Of a stretch of DNA of 64,000 bases, positions 36,043 to 49,250 are shown piece by piece. Below the pieces are notes generated by a model. That model ran no database searches and had not been told where the DNA came from. It saw only the letters and a list, made by a program, of their open reading frames with translations. This DNA comes from Selaginella moellendorffii (lineage: Eukaryota > Plantae > Lycopodiophyta). Numbering within the stretch: the first letter of the stretch is position 1; each line of letters opens with the position of its first letter. The stretch lies in assembly GCF_000143415.4 (NCBI RefSeq), contig NW_003314261.1:6174822-6238821 (forward strand), given 5' to 3'. The translations under genes were made by a program, and so were the position numbers.

Positions 36043-37750
36043 TATAGGTGGTGGGAACTAACTCCCCGAGTGTATAGGCTAAAGGATCTTTGAAACCATG
36101 ACTAAAATGATAAAGAGTTCATTGAATGAGACCAAGTATAAAACCGACTCCAAAACTGAGTTCAAGACCGAGTCCAAGATCAAGTCTGCAACCGACTTCA
36201 AGACTGAGTTTGAGACCAAGTCCAAGACTGAGTTCAAGACCGAGTCTGAGACTGAGCCCGAGGTCAACTCCAAGATTAAGTTCGAGACCAAATTTGAATA
36301 TTAATACAGATTGTGGGGTGAAAGCCTAAAGCAATCGTCTTATAGGGGGGCTGCAGGGGGTTCCAAAAGTATAGTAGGGATGATGAGGTTTAAGAATCAA
36401 TCTTGAAGGAACTCTTCAATAGTGCTTCTAAACTGACCTAAGGAAGTGCTCAAAAGTAGTTCCCACTCCCGGAAGAGAATTTAACTATGATACTCTCGGC
36501 TCATGTGGAGTGGTGCCCCATTTGAGTACCATGCAACTCATTAGTCCTCGCTCCTTTTTAAAGGTTTGGACCTTCCCTTTAAAATGAAAATAGAGGAGTA
36601 GGGGTACCTATACCAAGCCATTAAGCCATGGTGTTTCCCCCTAGAGTCCTGAAGTAACAAGACTTGCAAGTTAGAGGGTCTCATGATCAAACCTTACTAT
36701 GCCATGGGATGTTAAAAACCTAAAAGTTTGGTGTGCTTGGTTGCTTGTGCTTATGGGGAATGTAGCTGAACCTTAAGTCTAGTGTAACTTAAGGAGAGGG
36801 ATTGAGAGAAAATTTAGGAATTTGTGGATGGAGGGCTAACACTTTATTGTTCGTGTAGTGAGTAGCTAAAACCAAGTAGACCAAATAGGAGTTAGTATAA
36901 TAGCTGGGAATCTTGATAAGGGAACTTAACTTAGAGGCAGTGATGGTTAGATAGACGAGGTAAGCTAGTAAATTGGAAAGGAAAAATTTATAGCTTACAT
37001 CATGGGCCCTTTCCCTCCATATTTGAACCTTTATGGATTGTCTTTCGAGTTGTTATCTTTAGTTTTTTACAATCCACTATGCTTCCCTACAATTTCATGA
37101 CCTCGTGAATGAAAGCTAAAAGCCACATCTATTTCGAAAGCTTTGCTCTCTTAACACCCTACCCCTTAGGTCGAGCCCAACTAGAGTAAATTAAACCTAC
37201 CAGATACCAATCAATATGTGGTGTGATTCCCCTAGCCAACCAATAAAGTTAAATACAAAACCTCAAGTTCATAACCTTATGAAAGAAAGTTAAGAGCTAC
37301 AACTCTTCTGAAAGTCTCACCCTCTTGACACCCTACCCCTCAGGTCGAACCCAGTCGGAGCAAATTAAACTTGCTAAATATTAATTAATATGTGGTGCAA
37401 TTCCCCTAGCCAACCAATAAAATTTTAACCCAAACAAACTAAACTTACAAAATGTCAATCAGCATGTGGTATGATTCCTTTAGCCAACCAATAAAGTCAA
37501 ATCCGAAACCTCTCTAATATTAAATATAAGCCCTTGAATTTATACTTCTTAAGAGGTCACTAATATTATTTAAACCCAAAGACGCTTAACCCCAAATATT
37601 CTAAAACCTTTAACCGATTGAGAAAGGGGGTGCACTTTTATTCATAAGCTTTTTCCTTTTATATTTAAACTCTTATAAATTGTTGTGCTTATAGTTAAGT
37701 GTTTTTTATCCTTGTACTAATCTAAATGTTAACCATATACGTGAAGTTGA
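36043..37750. mobile_element. Decayed related LTR-like sequence with hexamer repeats and a degenerate tandem repeat (37150-37500)
   Basis: agaccgagt-type repeats at 36130-36295. Three copies of atgtggt..attcc..tagccaaccaataaa. Homology to 1515-1580 and (inverted) to 2870-3620. Confidence 0.55.
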
Positions 37751-38265
37751 TGTTAGATACTTCACGTTGTGGGCATTCAAATGCTGGAACTGTGAGCTGT
37801 GGCCATAGTAGCGATGCTCGAGTGTAACAATTGCAGCTCCAAAAGATTCAGCCAAAGTCTGAAATGTAAGTAGTAATTATTTAGGATAATCATAGGAAGA
37901 AATATAACTCACCCATAAGTGGTAACGTAATTTCCTGTGCACCCCCACACATCACTAGAAATATTGGCCCATTGTGAGGACGAAAGAAATTGAGAAGCTC
38001 TAAATACTTCTGAGAAAATACTCATGGATCCTGAAACAAGAGAGAAAAATCAGAGGAAAGATGCGAACTATGACCACACCTCTGGAGCGAAATAGTCAAG
38101 CTTCTGCCTGGTAAAGAAATTTACAGTCTCCTTGCCTCTTGGAGGTGACTGCGAGCCCGCTGGTAGAAATTCAGGCTTGAAACCAAGCCATGACGCAGGC
38201 ACAAAGGCGCTGCTAAAGCTTGTGGAAGTTGCAAGTAGAACGAAACACACAAGCAACACTCTCAT
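37750..38265 (-). pseudogene. Serine carboxypeptidase S28 (prolyl-carboxypeptidase-like) 5' fragment
   Basis: Signal peptide, FTRQKLDYF, then DP*VFSQKY..GPIFLVM and TLAESFGAAIVTLEHRYYGHS..NVKYLTS (the EHRYYG hallmark). Internal stop; truncated by repeats. Confidence 0.82.
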
Positions 38266-39159
38266 CTTCTCTTCTCTAGCTAGAAGATATCAAGAACAAG
38301 TTTGCCTAGAGAACAGACAATGGCGGCCCCAATATCTAGCCAATGGTCAATATGTAAGAACAGACTTTGCCTTGAGCTTTTAAGCATTACTATAGGGGAC
38401 CACAGAGATTGTCATGGCTTTGACTTTCTCTGGTCCTGGAAATCCACTAGAGGTGCTGGGCTACCAACATGCATAAAAAGAGACAGCACAAGTTCCCAGT
38501 CGAAAGCTCATTTCCAGAACAAAGTCCCGGTCAAAAGTCCACTTCTATATGGTTCCCCCAATGACAAAGAAGAATTTACCAAGAAATACAAGAGTTTTCA
38601 CTGTTGTTGTCAACTTGAGCACCAGCAGTCGTGACCACTCTGTACAATTGCTTGATTTTCAGTGTCAAACAAAAGAGACAGCGTTCCTTACTAGTTGACC
38701 TGTGATTTAAAGCGGGTCCCATGACTGTCTCGTGTTCCAAATAAACTTTTAGTCGTTTATAAACAAATTTTAGCGCCAATTAGTATGACAATGCTAGGAT
38801 TTGATGTGAGAAGCGCTCACCCTCAAAACCATTATCTTCGTGGCCATGTAAGGCAAAGGCTGTTAACCTCCCCAATGATTTCTCCTATAAACTAAAAAGA
38901 AGAAAGAAAACAATGAGTAGCGGTGAGCTTTCATTGTTGTTGCCAGCTTAAGCAAAAAGAACAGTGTACAGATACGTGGTTGTCCTATGTAAATCAGGAC
39001 AAACTTTTGATGCTACATTTGTTCATTAGATCACAAATGTGCATAACTTTTCTTGTTCTTGGAGCTCAGACCTCTTTTGAAATAAAAACCAAATCAAGTC
39101 AACATAGTCAATGTAGTCATAGTCAACAACTCGTTATGCAGAGCATATTCATAAAATAT

Positions 39160-40800
39160 CAAGATGGATGCACACTGGAAGCTCGAAAAGCACACGAGAG
39201 AATTCCGAGGAGAAAAGCCTTTACCTTGCAAATTTTGTTGTATGGCTAGTGCAGGAGAGTGGACGAGGCAAAGGGGTTATGCCCAAAACGGGCATCTTTG
39301 TGGGGCCAGTTCCCTATGGGAAGAATGCTGCAGTCACAACCATAGCCACTTGCTATGGTTGATGAGCCTTACTTCCAGCAAATCCGGTTTGACCATGCAA
39401 GAGTCATGCTGGATCACATGCCGCAGCTCGACGTCGTGACCTGGACCATGATGATCGTTGCAAATGCGGGGGTGGAGATTTGTGTCTTCATCGGAATGCG
39501 GGTCGTGGACTGCAATGGTGTCAGTGCTTGCGCAAGCCGGAGATCTTATTGAGGCCAGGAAGTTCTTGGATTCGACAACAAAACAACAAAACTCTAACTA
39601 CATATGTTTTCAAGTGGACACATGTCGAACTTCATATACGCTTTGAAAGGGCTGTGCTTCATAGTCTGGACCTTGTTCTCAGGTGGAAACTCTGAACACG
39701 GAGAGGATGGCTCTGAATTAGTTCCCTGACATAGTTTCCTTCTCAAGTAAAACCTTCACGTGATGCAACGCGATTTTTACAGATGTGGCCGCCTGAGATC
39801 ATCGGTCTAAGCTTAGTTCCGGGCCATGAATACGTAAGATCACGCCACCACCAAGCTTTAGCGTCCTGGTTAAACAGCATTCCAAAGAAAGGAACGAACT
39901 TGTAGTCACAAGGCAAGCAAACTATCCTTGCTATTCTCACTCAACTTAGGGAAGGCTGCACTACAGTAACGAAGATATCTATGACTACGAGATCAAAGAG
40001 GCTTGGCGTGTACAGGGAACAGGCAGTGGCAGTGACGAGTAACAACCGTGGTGTTTCAGAGAGCAGCCTCCAGTGATGCGCTCACTGAAAAGTGAGTTCC
40101 GTGTTCCTCGGCCGCGTCCAAAGGGACTGGAGGATGATCATTGCTGCATTTTCAATGAGCTCACTTTCAAATTCGTTACCTTGCAAATCTGGTCGTAGTC
40201 ATGTATGGCAGATGCGATAGCGTGGGTGAGGCAAAAGCCGTGTTTGATCGCATTGACCTCCCTAATGATTTCTCCTAGAATATGTTGCATATGGGCATAT
40301 TTGTGAGGCAAGGTTGCTGATAGAACAAATGCCGCGGCCAAGATATGGCCACCATATCCGCCTTTGTGGAATACAAAGAGTCCAAGAAGCTTTAGCATTG
40401 TTTTGAATCAATGCCGGAATGGATCATTCAGACACTTGCCATGAACGGAGGGGCTTTAAAGATATTTGATCATATGCCATTCAGGACGTAGTTTCCTAGA
40501 CAATGATGACCGAAGCTTATTTCCAGCAAACCCGGTTTGACCAAGGAAAAGTCTTGCTGGATGATCTCTTCAATGGAACACCCCAGCGTAATGTGGTGTC
40601 CTGGACTACAATGGAGGAAGCTATTCGACTCGATGCCATGGGAAGGAAGGGATCCTACATCTCTGTAAATGTCTCCCACCAAAGAATATTACATACGCTT
40701 TGAAATAGCAAGACTTAACTTTTGATTTCACACTCCAAGGTGACCTGACCATCATCCTTCTGTGAACTCGGAGGATGGCTTTGAACTGTCAAGTAAAACC
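39160..40800 (+). pseudogene. PLS-class PPR pseudogene fragments with an internal duplication
   Basis: ARVMLDHMPQLDVVTWTMMI and LFNGTPQRNVVSWTTM. 39360-39760 resembles 40505-40805; many stops. Confidence 0.7.
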
Positions 40801-41016
40801 TCCATGATCTTGTCTACAGCAGCACAATTGCTAGGAATGTGGCCGAGTGCAATCTCATACACTTTGTCTGAGATCACTAGGCGTTAGCATCCTAGTTAGG
40901 GCCTGGGGAAATAACCTATTAAGTAGGACTGGAGGGTCATTATTCCCATAGGCAACAAATGACTATGCGAAGGCAAGCCACAAGGTGGAATGTGGTTATG
41001 GCAATGTGAGGTTAGG

Positions 41017-44000
41017 TGTTATGATCCAATGCAAAAAGATAGAGATTTAATCACCCTAAACTATGCTATGCCACCTCTTGAGGTTCCTCACCACCCAACT
41101 ACCCCCGAGTTACTTCAAAAACTCCACTGCGCCGCTGCACCATTGTGAGCCCTAGGGTAGGGTTGAGTCCTTTACCCTAACATGCCTTAATATACCCTTG
41201 AGCCTAACCGATGTTGACCACGTGGTTAAAGCTGGCGCATAATAATTCTTCCCCCCCAAGTACTAGTGATCACCCTTTCTAGGGAACCTTGCTCAAGCTC
41301 TTGGTCCATCTTCCACAGCTATATACATCAAGGAGGTACATCACTCCGAGATAATACACCTTTCAACTAGCTGACATAAAATACCAGATGAATTTTCACC
41401 CTAGCCAATAGCTACACCCGATAAGCTATTTTACCAATGTGCTCTAGCACTTCATATGGACCAGCATATCAACGAGAAATTTTATCACTTTTCCCTGTCC
41501 GTAAAGGCACCAAGGTGTTCTGCCACTCACTTGATGGAAAGATCACTCGCACAAAGACAAAATCATCCACCTTATATTCCCGGAATTGGTGATCCTCATT
41601 GGCAAACTTCTCCACTCTATCCTGAGCTACTTGCAAATTCCATTTGCACACCACCAGAATCTCATCAAGTTCTGTGGCCAGATCAGTTGCCTCAGAATCA
41701 AGTTTATCTTGAACGTCCTTACTCAAATGCAATCCCAACTCCACCGCTGTTCGAGGATGCCTTCCAAACATCGCAAAGTAAGGACTTAGCTTGGTTCCAC
41801 TGTGTTGGCTATTGTTGTAAGCAAATTGCACCAACGGAAGATATAGATCCCACTGTCCTTGCCTTTGACCAATGCTACAACGTAGCATATCCTCCACCAC
41901 CTGATTCACACGCTCAGTTTGCCCATCCGTCTGAGGATGATCTCCACTCGAGAGTTTCAAAGTCACTTGCATAGCCTTTGCAAAGCTTTTCCAAAATCCA
42001 CTGGTGAACTTTGAATCTCGATCACTAATGATGTCCTCTGGCAAACCAAAATCAGGAAAAACCTTCTCCAAGTAAACTATAGCCAAGTCTGAGGCAGTGA
42101 TAGTCTTCCAAAGAGCTAACAACCACATATACTTCATTAACCAATCCACTATGACCTATACTTGCTCCTTTTGCTTTTGTGTTCATGGCAAACAAGTGAT
42201 GAAGTCCATAGAGATATTACACCAATGGCTCTGAGGAATAGGTAAAGGTTGCAAAAGTCCCCCTAGCTTCTCCCGTGGCACCTTAACCCACTGACAGAAC
42301 TCACATGATTTACAATACTTTAGGATATCAGCCTTTATATTCCTCTAATAAAAATTGTGCTTAATCAAGTCATATGTCGTCTTCCCCCCAAAATGACCTA
42401 CCTCTGGACAATCATGATAGTGGAATAAAACTTGAGTAATTAACACATCCACGCGTGACAAATATACATGACTATTGTAGTAGAGAATCCCATCCACTAA
42501 TGAGAAAGGGGCTTCCATTTAGTCTCGCAAAGAGGCCGCCTCAACATCTTGAGCTTGAGCATGCTTAACCAATTGCCCAAACTTGCTGACCACCTTACTC
42601 AAATGATGACAAAATCGTGTTTGTAACGTTGTCACATGACGAATACGAGATAAAGCATCGGCTACCACATTTGATTTTTCCAGACGATGCTCAATAGGAA
42701 ATTCCCCAAACTCCATGAGTTTGACCATCCAATGAACTTGCCTAATATTCAACTCCTTCTGTGTGAAAAAATACATAAGTGGTTTGTGATCTGTCAACAC
42801 CACGAACACTGCACTATAAAGATAGTGTCGCCATGTCTACAAAGCATGAATAATAGAGAATAATTCTTGCTCATATGTGAAATAGCGTTGCTCCACAGAA
42901 TTCAAAGTTTGACTCTCATATGCAATAGGCTGTCCCTCTTGCATGAGAACTCCTCTCAGTGTATAACCACTCATATTGCATATCACCTCATAAAGTTTCA
43001 ATGGATTAGTAATGCAAAGCACTGGAGTCTCACTCAACAATCATTTCAGCGCCACAAAAATTTCCTCTTGTGGCTTCTTCCACTCGAATGGCACATTCTT
43101 GCGTAACAATCACGTCAAAAGAATAGCCACCTTTACAAACTTATGCTGGAAACCTCAGTAGTAATTAGCCATACTAAGAAAACTGTGCAACTTAGCCACT
43201 GTAGTCGGTGTAGGCCAATTTTCCACCACAGCCACCTTCCTTGGATCCATCTTGACACTCTTAAATGTCACAATATGGTCTAAATATTTCACCTCTGACT
43301 TTGCAAACTCATATTTGCTCTTCTTTGCATAAAGTTTGTTGTCTCGGAGTAATAAAAGGACCTTGCGCAAATGCACCTTATGCTCCTTCATATTAATGCT
43401 AAAAATAAGAATATCATCCAAGAAAATCTCCACAAACTCATGAAGATAACACCCAAATACCTCAGCCATCAACCGAGTAAATATAGTTGGTGCATTCGTC
43501 AAACTAAACAGCATAACTGTAAACTCAAAATGTCCGAAGCTTATGTTGAATGCTGTCTTGGAGATAGATGCATCTGTGAGACACAAAATCCCTAGGCCCC
43601 AAAGTGGAGCGGAAAGGGCACCACGTGGTAGTGGCCGAAGCAAAAGGCAAACGAACATAACACGTTTGGACTAAAAGCTTCGACTTGAAAAGGTTGAGAG
43701 CGGGAGTGGAACTCCCAACAAAGTGCTCGAGGAACAAGCATGAAGCGAGCAATGAGTGAGTCTCTAGAAAAGGGACCCGAGATGGACTCGAGATGGAGTC
43801 CGAGATGGACCTAAGATGGAGTCCAAGATGGACCCAAGATAGAGTCCGAGATGGACCCAAGATGGAGTCTAAGATGGACTCGAGATGGACTTGAGATGGA
43901 GTCCGAGATGGAGTCTGAGATGGACCCAAAATGGAGTTTGAGATGGACCCAAGATGGACCTGAGATGGATCTGAGATGGTGTCCGAGATGGACCAAAAGA

Positions 44001-45774
44001 TGCAGTCCGAGATGGAGTCCAAGATGGACTTGAGGTGGAGTCCGAGATGGAACCGAGATCGAGACCAAGACCAAGACCAAGACCGAGACCACCTTCACCA
44101 ACCATGGCATCCCAATAATGAGATCCACCCGATGGATATCTGCAAAAGGTCTCTACAAGTGTGGTTTTGCCAACCAACACTTCTAGCCCCTTGACACAAG
44201 CATCAAAATGCTGAGCAGAGGTAGCTGCACCTTCCACTGTGTATGGAAGAACTCTGCATGTGACCAAGCCATATTCCGCAACAAACTTTGCCGAAATAAA
44301 GTTGTCATCGCTCCCACTATCCAGTAAAATCCGCATTAGATTGCCACAGAACATGCCCTCCAGCATTAAAGCTGATTGATGAGTATCCTCGAGTTCCACC
44401 TTGTTCCACACAAAGTTGAGCTACCGAGCAACGATTGAAAGTCTCTTCCTTCGACTGGAATGGTCGTTCTCGTCATCCTCATGTTGTAAAATTTGCAACT
44501 TTTTAGTATCTAACTTACCTTGAGTAGAAGATTGGCCATTCTTTTTGTCCTATTGCTTGTTCTTCAACTGCGGACAATCAACCTTGTAGTGTCCAAGTTC
44601 GCCGCAATGATGATAACTCTGTTTATAATTCTTCACAAAGAACTTCTGCTTTTTGAACCCCTTTGCATCCGAAGTAGTCACCACCGACTTCAACTTGTGA
44701 TGCTTGTTCCCATCTTTGTGTCCACGGCGATCATCATGACGATTCTTGACAGAAGGACTCCGCAAACACTTGCGAGACTTGTATTTGTCATTGTCAAGTC
44801 AACGAGCCTCATCAAAGAGCTCCTCCAAACTCTTTATAGGCTAAGAATGATGCAAGTGTTGCCGCATGCTCTCACTATGTAGGCCATCAATGAAGTAGGA
44901 CTTGTTCTTATCTGGATCCTTCATTGGAACACGACTAATTAAGTGAGTAAGCTTCTCAATATAGTCCTTGAGTGTTATTTTCCCTTGCTGGAAATGTCGA
45001 AGTTCTATACGAACATTCTCCACGTCATAATGAGGGGCAAAATGTAAACGGAAAGCAGCCTGTAACTCATCCATAGTAGACACTGATTGTTTCTTATCCA
45101 CAACACAAGACTCCTCAAGCCAATTCCACCATCGAAGACTTGCATCATGCAAAACCATTGGAATAACCACTAAAGCCTCTGCATCTGGAGTTCCCTTAGC
45201 AACCAAGAACTTCTTCACATTGGCTAGCCAAGCGAGACACTTATCCACACCACCATCACCAGAAAAATTTGGAATCTTGAGCTAATTTACCAAAGAAGGT
45301 TTACTTGGAGTGTTACCCCGTCCAACCTCAAGTGCCTCAACACGCCCACGCATGGTATCCATCATGCCATGCATCTCATCTTGCATCTCTTGTTGATTTC
45401 GATTAAGGGCTCGCAGCTCATGAACCACATCTGGTCCAAATCTCCGCAGCTTTGTCGGCACCATCATTGGCACCACCATCGATAATAGGATTCCAGCATT
45501 TAGCTTGGTTAGCCATCGCAACCAACTCCTCTGATACCAATGTTATGATTCGACACAAAAAGACAGAGATCTAGTCGCCCTAGACTATACTATGCCACCT
45601 CTTGAAGTTCCTCACCACCCAACCACCCCCGAGCTACCTCAAAAGCTCCACTGCACTACCGCTCCACTATGAGCCCTAGGGTAGGGTTGAGTCCCTTACC
45701 TTAACATGCCTTAATATACCCTTGAGCCTCCCTTTGACCAACGTTGACCACGTGGTCAAAGCTAGTGCCTAACA
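41017..45774 (-). mobile_element. Ty3/gypsy LTR retrotransposon, decayed, with both LTRs
   Basis: LTRs 41017-41244 and 45541-45774; TSD ttagg/ctagg; PBS TGGTATCAGAG (tRNA-iMet type) 45539-45529; PPT about 41246-41260. gag with knuckle, LLDSGS protease, FLDD RT, TDHKPL, and SDRD..HPQTDGQTERVN integrase. Confidence 0.93.
43575..44089 (+). mobile_element. Truncated satellite-family LTR fragment nested in the gypsy pol, replacing part of protease/RT
   Basis: Begins tgtgagacacaaaatccc (reverse complement of the LTR end at 50323/56531) and carries gagatggagtcc repeats. Confidence 0.85.
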
Positions 45775-45889
45775 CTAGGCTTGTACAGGGGTGGTCAAGA
45801 GCTATGTAGCTCTTTGGTGTTTCAAATAGTAGCATCCGAAGAGAAATCGAAGTGATGGGGTCACTCATAGGTGAGTTACTGAGCTTGTA

Positions 45890-46080
45890 GGGGATGGTGC
45901 TTGCCAGGGATTTGTGTGGCAGCTTGCATGGTAGAGGCATCGCTCACGAGGATCCCAAGAGTGACAATCTGCTGCTCTGAACTTCAGGATGAGGGTCAAG
46001 ATGTGTGACTTTGGCACAGCAAGGCTCAATCAGGGACACCATTACATCCAGCCAAGTGATGAGATGCACTTGGTGTGGGG
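45890..46080 (+). pseudogene. Protein kinase fragment (probable host of the 41017 gypsy)
   Basis: LHGRGIAHEDPKSDNLLL* ... VKMCDFGTARL are decayed HRDLKxxN and DFG motifs. Confidence 0.65.
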
Positions 46081-48142
46081 ATTGGAGCCATGCTCATAAG
46101 GTCATTCTTCGAGGTTGCATTGCACAAAGGAAAATCATGATCAGATTTATGTTTCTACTTATTGGATTGAATAACTAACAGTGTTATTTACATCCTCACT
46201 TTTTATCTCAAACAACCATCACCCCAGCTTAAATGAAATTCACAGTCTGAAATATATTTCTTTTTGTGAGTGTATAATTACAATGCCATATACTAATATT
46301 AGCATAATGGGATTTTGATAGTAGTCAGTTTGGTTTCAATCCAAACTATTTGCTTCTGTATATAAATTAGGGTTTTTAATCTAATTAATATGTATAGTTC
46401 TATATTCCATTTCCATATTCCATGCACTCATAAAGGGTAGTTTTGATTATCCTTTAGGAGTGCTTGGATTTGGGATTTTACTTTAGATTTAGTTTTTACA
46501 TTATTTAGATCTCCCTTTCTTTATAGCTTTTTCAATGTTTTCTCTTTTGCATTTTTCCTTTTTGTTCATTTTTATGGTAGAGTAGTGGCCTCCTCCTCCT
46601 TTGACTATGGAGAAGCAATTGGTGTAATTGCTTAATATTATGCAATTGTAGTTAAATAATCAGACTCAATTGATAGTGATATTCATAACATGTTGTATAG
46701 CTCTTCTTGCTTTTACTGTGTCCGGCCAAAGTTATTCTATAGGAATCCTAAGGATAATATGTACTATTAGTTTGATCACTTTATGGTGATTGTTACATAT
46801 AATTCTTGGGATAATGTTTGGCATTTGCATGAGTAAAGGACAAGTGGTACAACAACCATTAGAGCATTCTCCTAGATGTTTTCAAATGCGCATTTAGACA
46901 TGTTAACAATTGGAATAAAATCTTCCAATAATTGCATTATCTTCATCAAGGTCCATTTAAATTAATGATGCAATTTGATGTTCATTTCTGAAGCCTTTTG
47001 CTTCATGTAGAGCCAAATATGTCAAAGTAAATCAATTGAGAAGGTTGTGGCCAACACTCCATCAAAATCTTGTAAAAATTATATATGCACTTGCTCTAAC
47101 CACCCTTGATGATACTATTTTCTTAGCACAATATTATGAGACATTGCCTCTTCCACTTCTCACTACACATCCTTCAACCCCATTGATGGTCCTATTCCAA
47201 TGGAGGTTGATGAACCTGAGTTCAAAGACAAGAGTAAGGATGTGGTCGTGGCTATGATGTCCATTGCTGGGCATATGATGAAATTGGTCACACTTATCAA
47301 TGTTATCAGCATTTTTCAGATTGGCAACCTCCATTTTCTAGGTGGAGACCTTAGCATCAACAACATCTTGTTAATGCTACTATAGTGGAAGTTCTAGATA
47401 CCGAAATAATTCCAGGACACAAAAAGTCATATGAGTAGTAGAGGGACCTTGTGTGAATAAATCAATGACCCCTCTATATTTTTTTTAGGAATATCATCAA
47501 GGGTTCATTTGGCACCAGTTCATTTAGTATTTACTTTCCAAGCTCATTTTAATAACAAAAGGTTTCCTATTATTCTCTCTGTGTTGATTGATACAAGCTC
47601 AAGTTTATCTTCTATTGCTCAGCCTGTTACCACACATTGTTGTCTATATTTGTATCATGCAACAAAGTTAGTTTTCATTCTTTATGGCAATGGCTATACA
47701 CATGCATGTGCATGGGATGAGGCAGATCTAATTGTACATATGAGCAATCTAGAGCTTGAGTTACAATCATTGTGGGTGGTGCCAAATTAAGCTTTTAACC
47801 TTATCCTTACTATAGATTAGTTGTGGCACAATTATACCAAATGTGACTTTAAGGTTTCTCCCTTGTATCTCATATTCCTTTATATTTCTTCCATTCTTTT
47901 CACTTATGTTCCTTTTCATCCCTTTGCTTCTACTTTTGCTTCCATCACTTTTTTTCCCCCATTACTTCCTTTTAAGTTTTTATTTTGTTCATCTATTCTC
48001 TCTTGCAATCCCTATGTTGCAATGGTTGACTAGCTCATAAAGGAGTATGCTGATCTCTTTGGTCATTTGGAGCCATGATTGCAATACATCATCATATTCT
48101 AACTAAGGATGTTCGTTCAATCAAGGTTTTTGTTCATCGTCA

Positions 48143-49203
48143 TGTAAGCGACTAATTTTTCCATTCTACTTTAGTCACTTAACCACACCTTCGACCACTT
48201 GGAGGAGTCTCACTCACAACCTCCTTAAGTCTAATTCAGGACTTGGGACTTGCTAGCCCCGAGAATGGCATCTATGCCACTCATCCCTTGCACTTAGTCC
48301 AAGTGCTCCATGTGTCCAGTCCCAAGACCGACACCCCAAGGTACCACCAACATACTAGCCCGTTATGCTAAGGCCATGCCCCTTTACCTTGGTTATACCA
48401 GTGGTCTAACACCACCTGCATCACAATCCCATCTCTCAAGGACTGGACCATCCGTCCATGAGTGATCATTCCAGATCCACTCCTTAGCATCCTTAGGATG
48501 CCCACAGACGTGGGGAATAGCCTTCCCCAATATCCTTTTTCTGGTCCCCACCAAGTCCCTTTCTACCCATGGCCGTGTTCACCAACATTATCACTGGATC
48601 GAGGCCCACAGGCCCGACCACTAAGTCCCACGATCCTCTGGGACTTCCTCACCACCCGACTGTATCCTTGGTCTCTACACCAGAGGACTACTCCTCTTCC
48701 TTTCCACAGTCTGGGCCTTTGGGACGACATTTCGGAACACCATGGGCCTACGCGAGCCCCATGGGTACTCTCCCCACCTTTCGCCTTTAAGTGCTCTAGC
48801 CATGGGCTTAGAGTGAGGTTCCGTTGAGCCACGCCTGGTATCCAAGTAGGTAGTGCCACCCACACTTGGACTGGGAGCATCGGCCAGTCGATCTCCCGGG
48901 GGAACTAAAGCTGGCTCTTGAACACTTCACCAAGCTACCCCGCTTGTCGGTCTGTATTCACTCTAGTCTTGGACTTCCCAGTGGTCAGTTCATCACCCAA
49001 CACTGGGTCTGGCCTTCCTGGGCCGGCCAAACTGGCTCCACTATAGTCCTCCCCCTTACTATACTTTTGGAGCTCACTAAACCCCCCAAGGTCTGGGAGA
49101 CAAATGCTTTGGGCTTTCACCCTCTTAGACTCGAACTCGGACTCGGACTCAGACACGGACTCGGGCTCGAGCTCGGACTCGGCCTTGGCCTCGGTCTTGG
49201 TCC

Positions 49204-49250
<47 letters not shown>
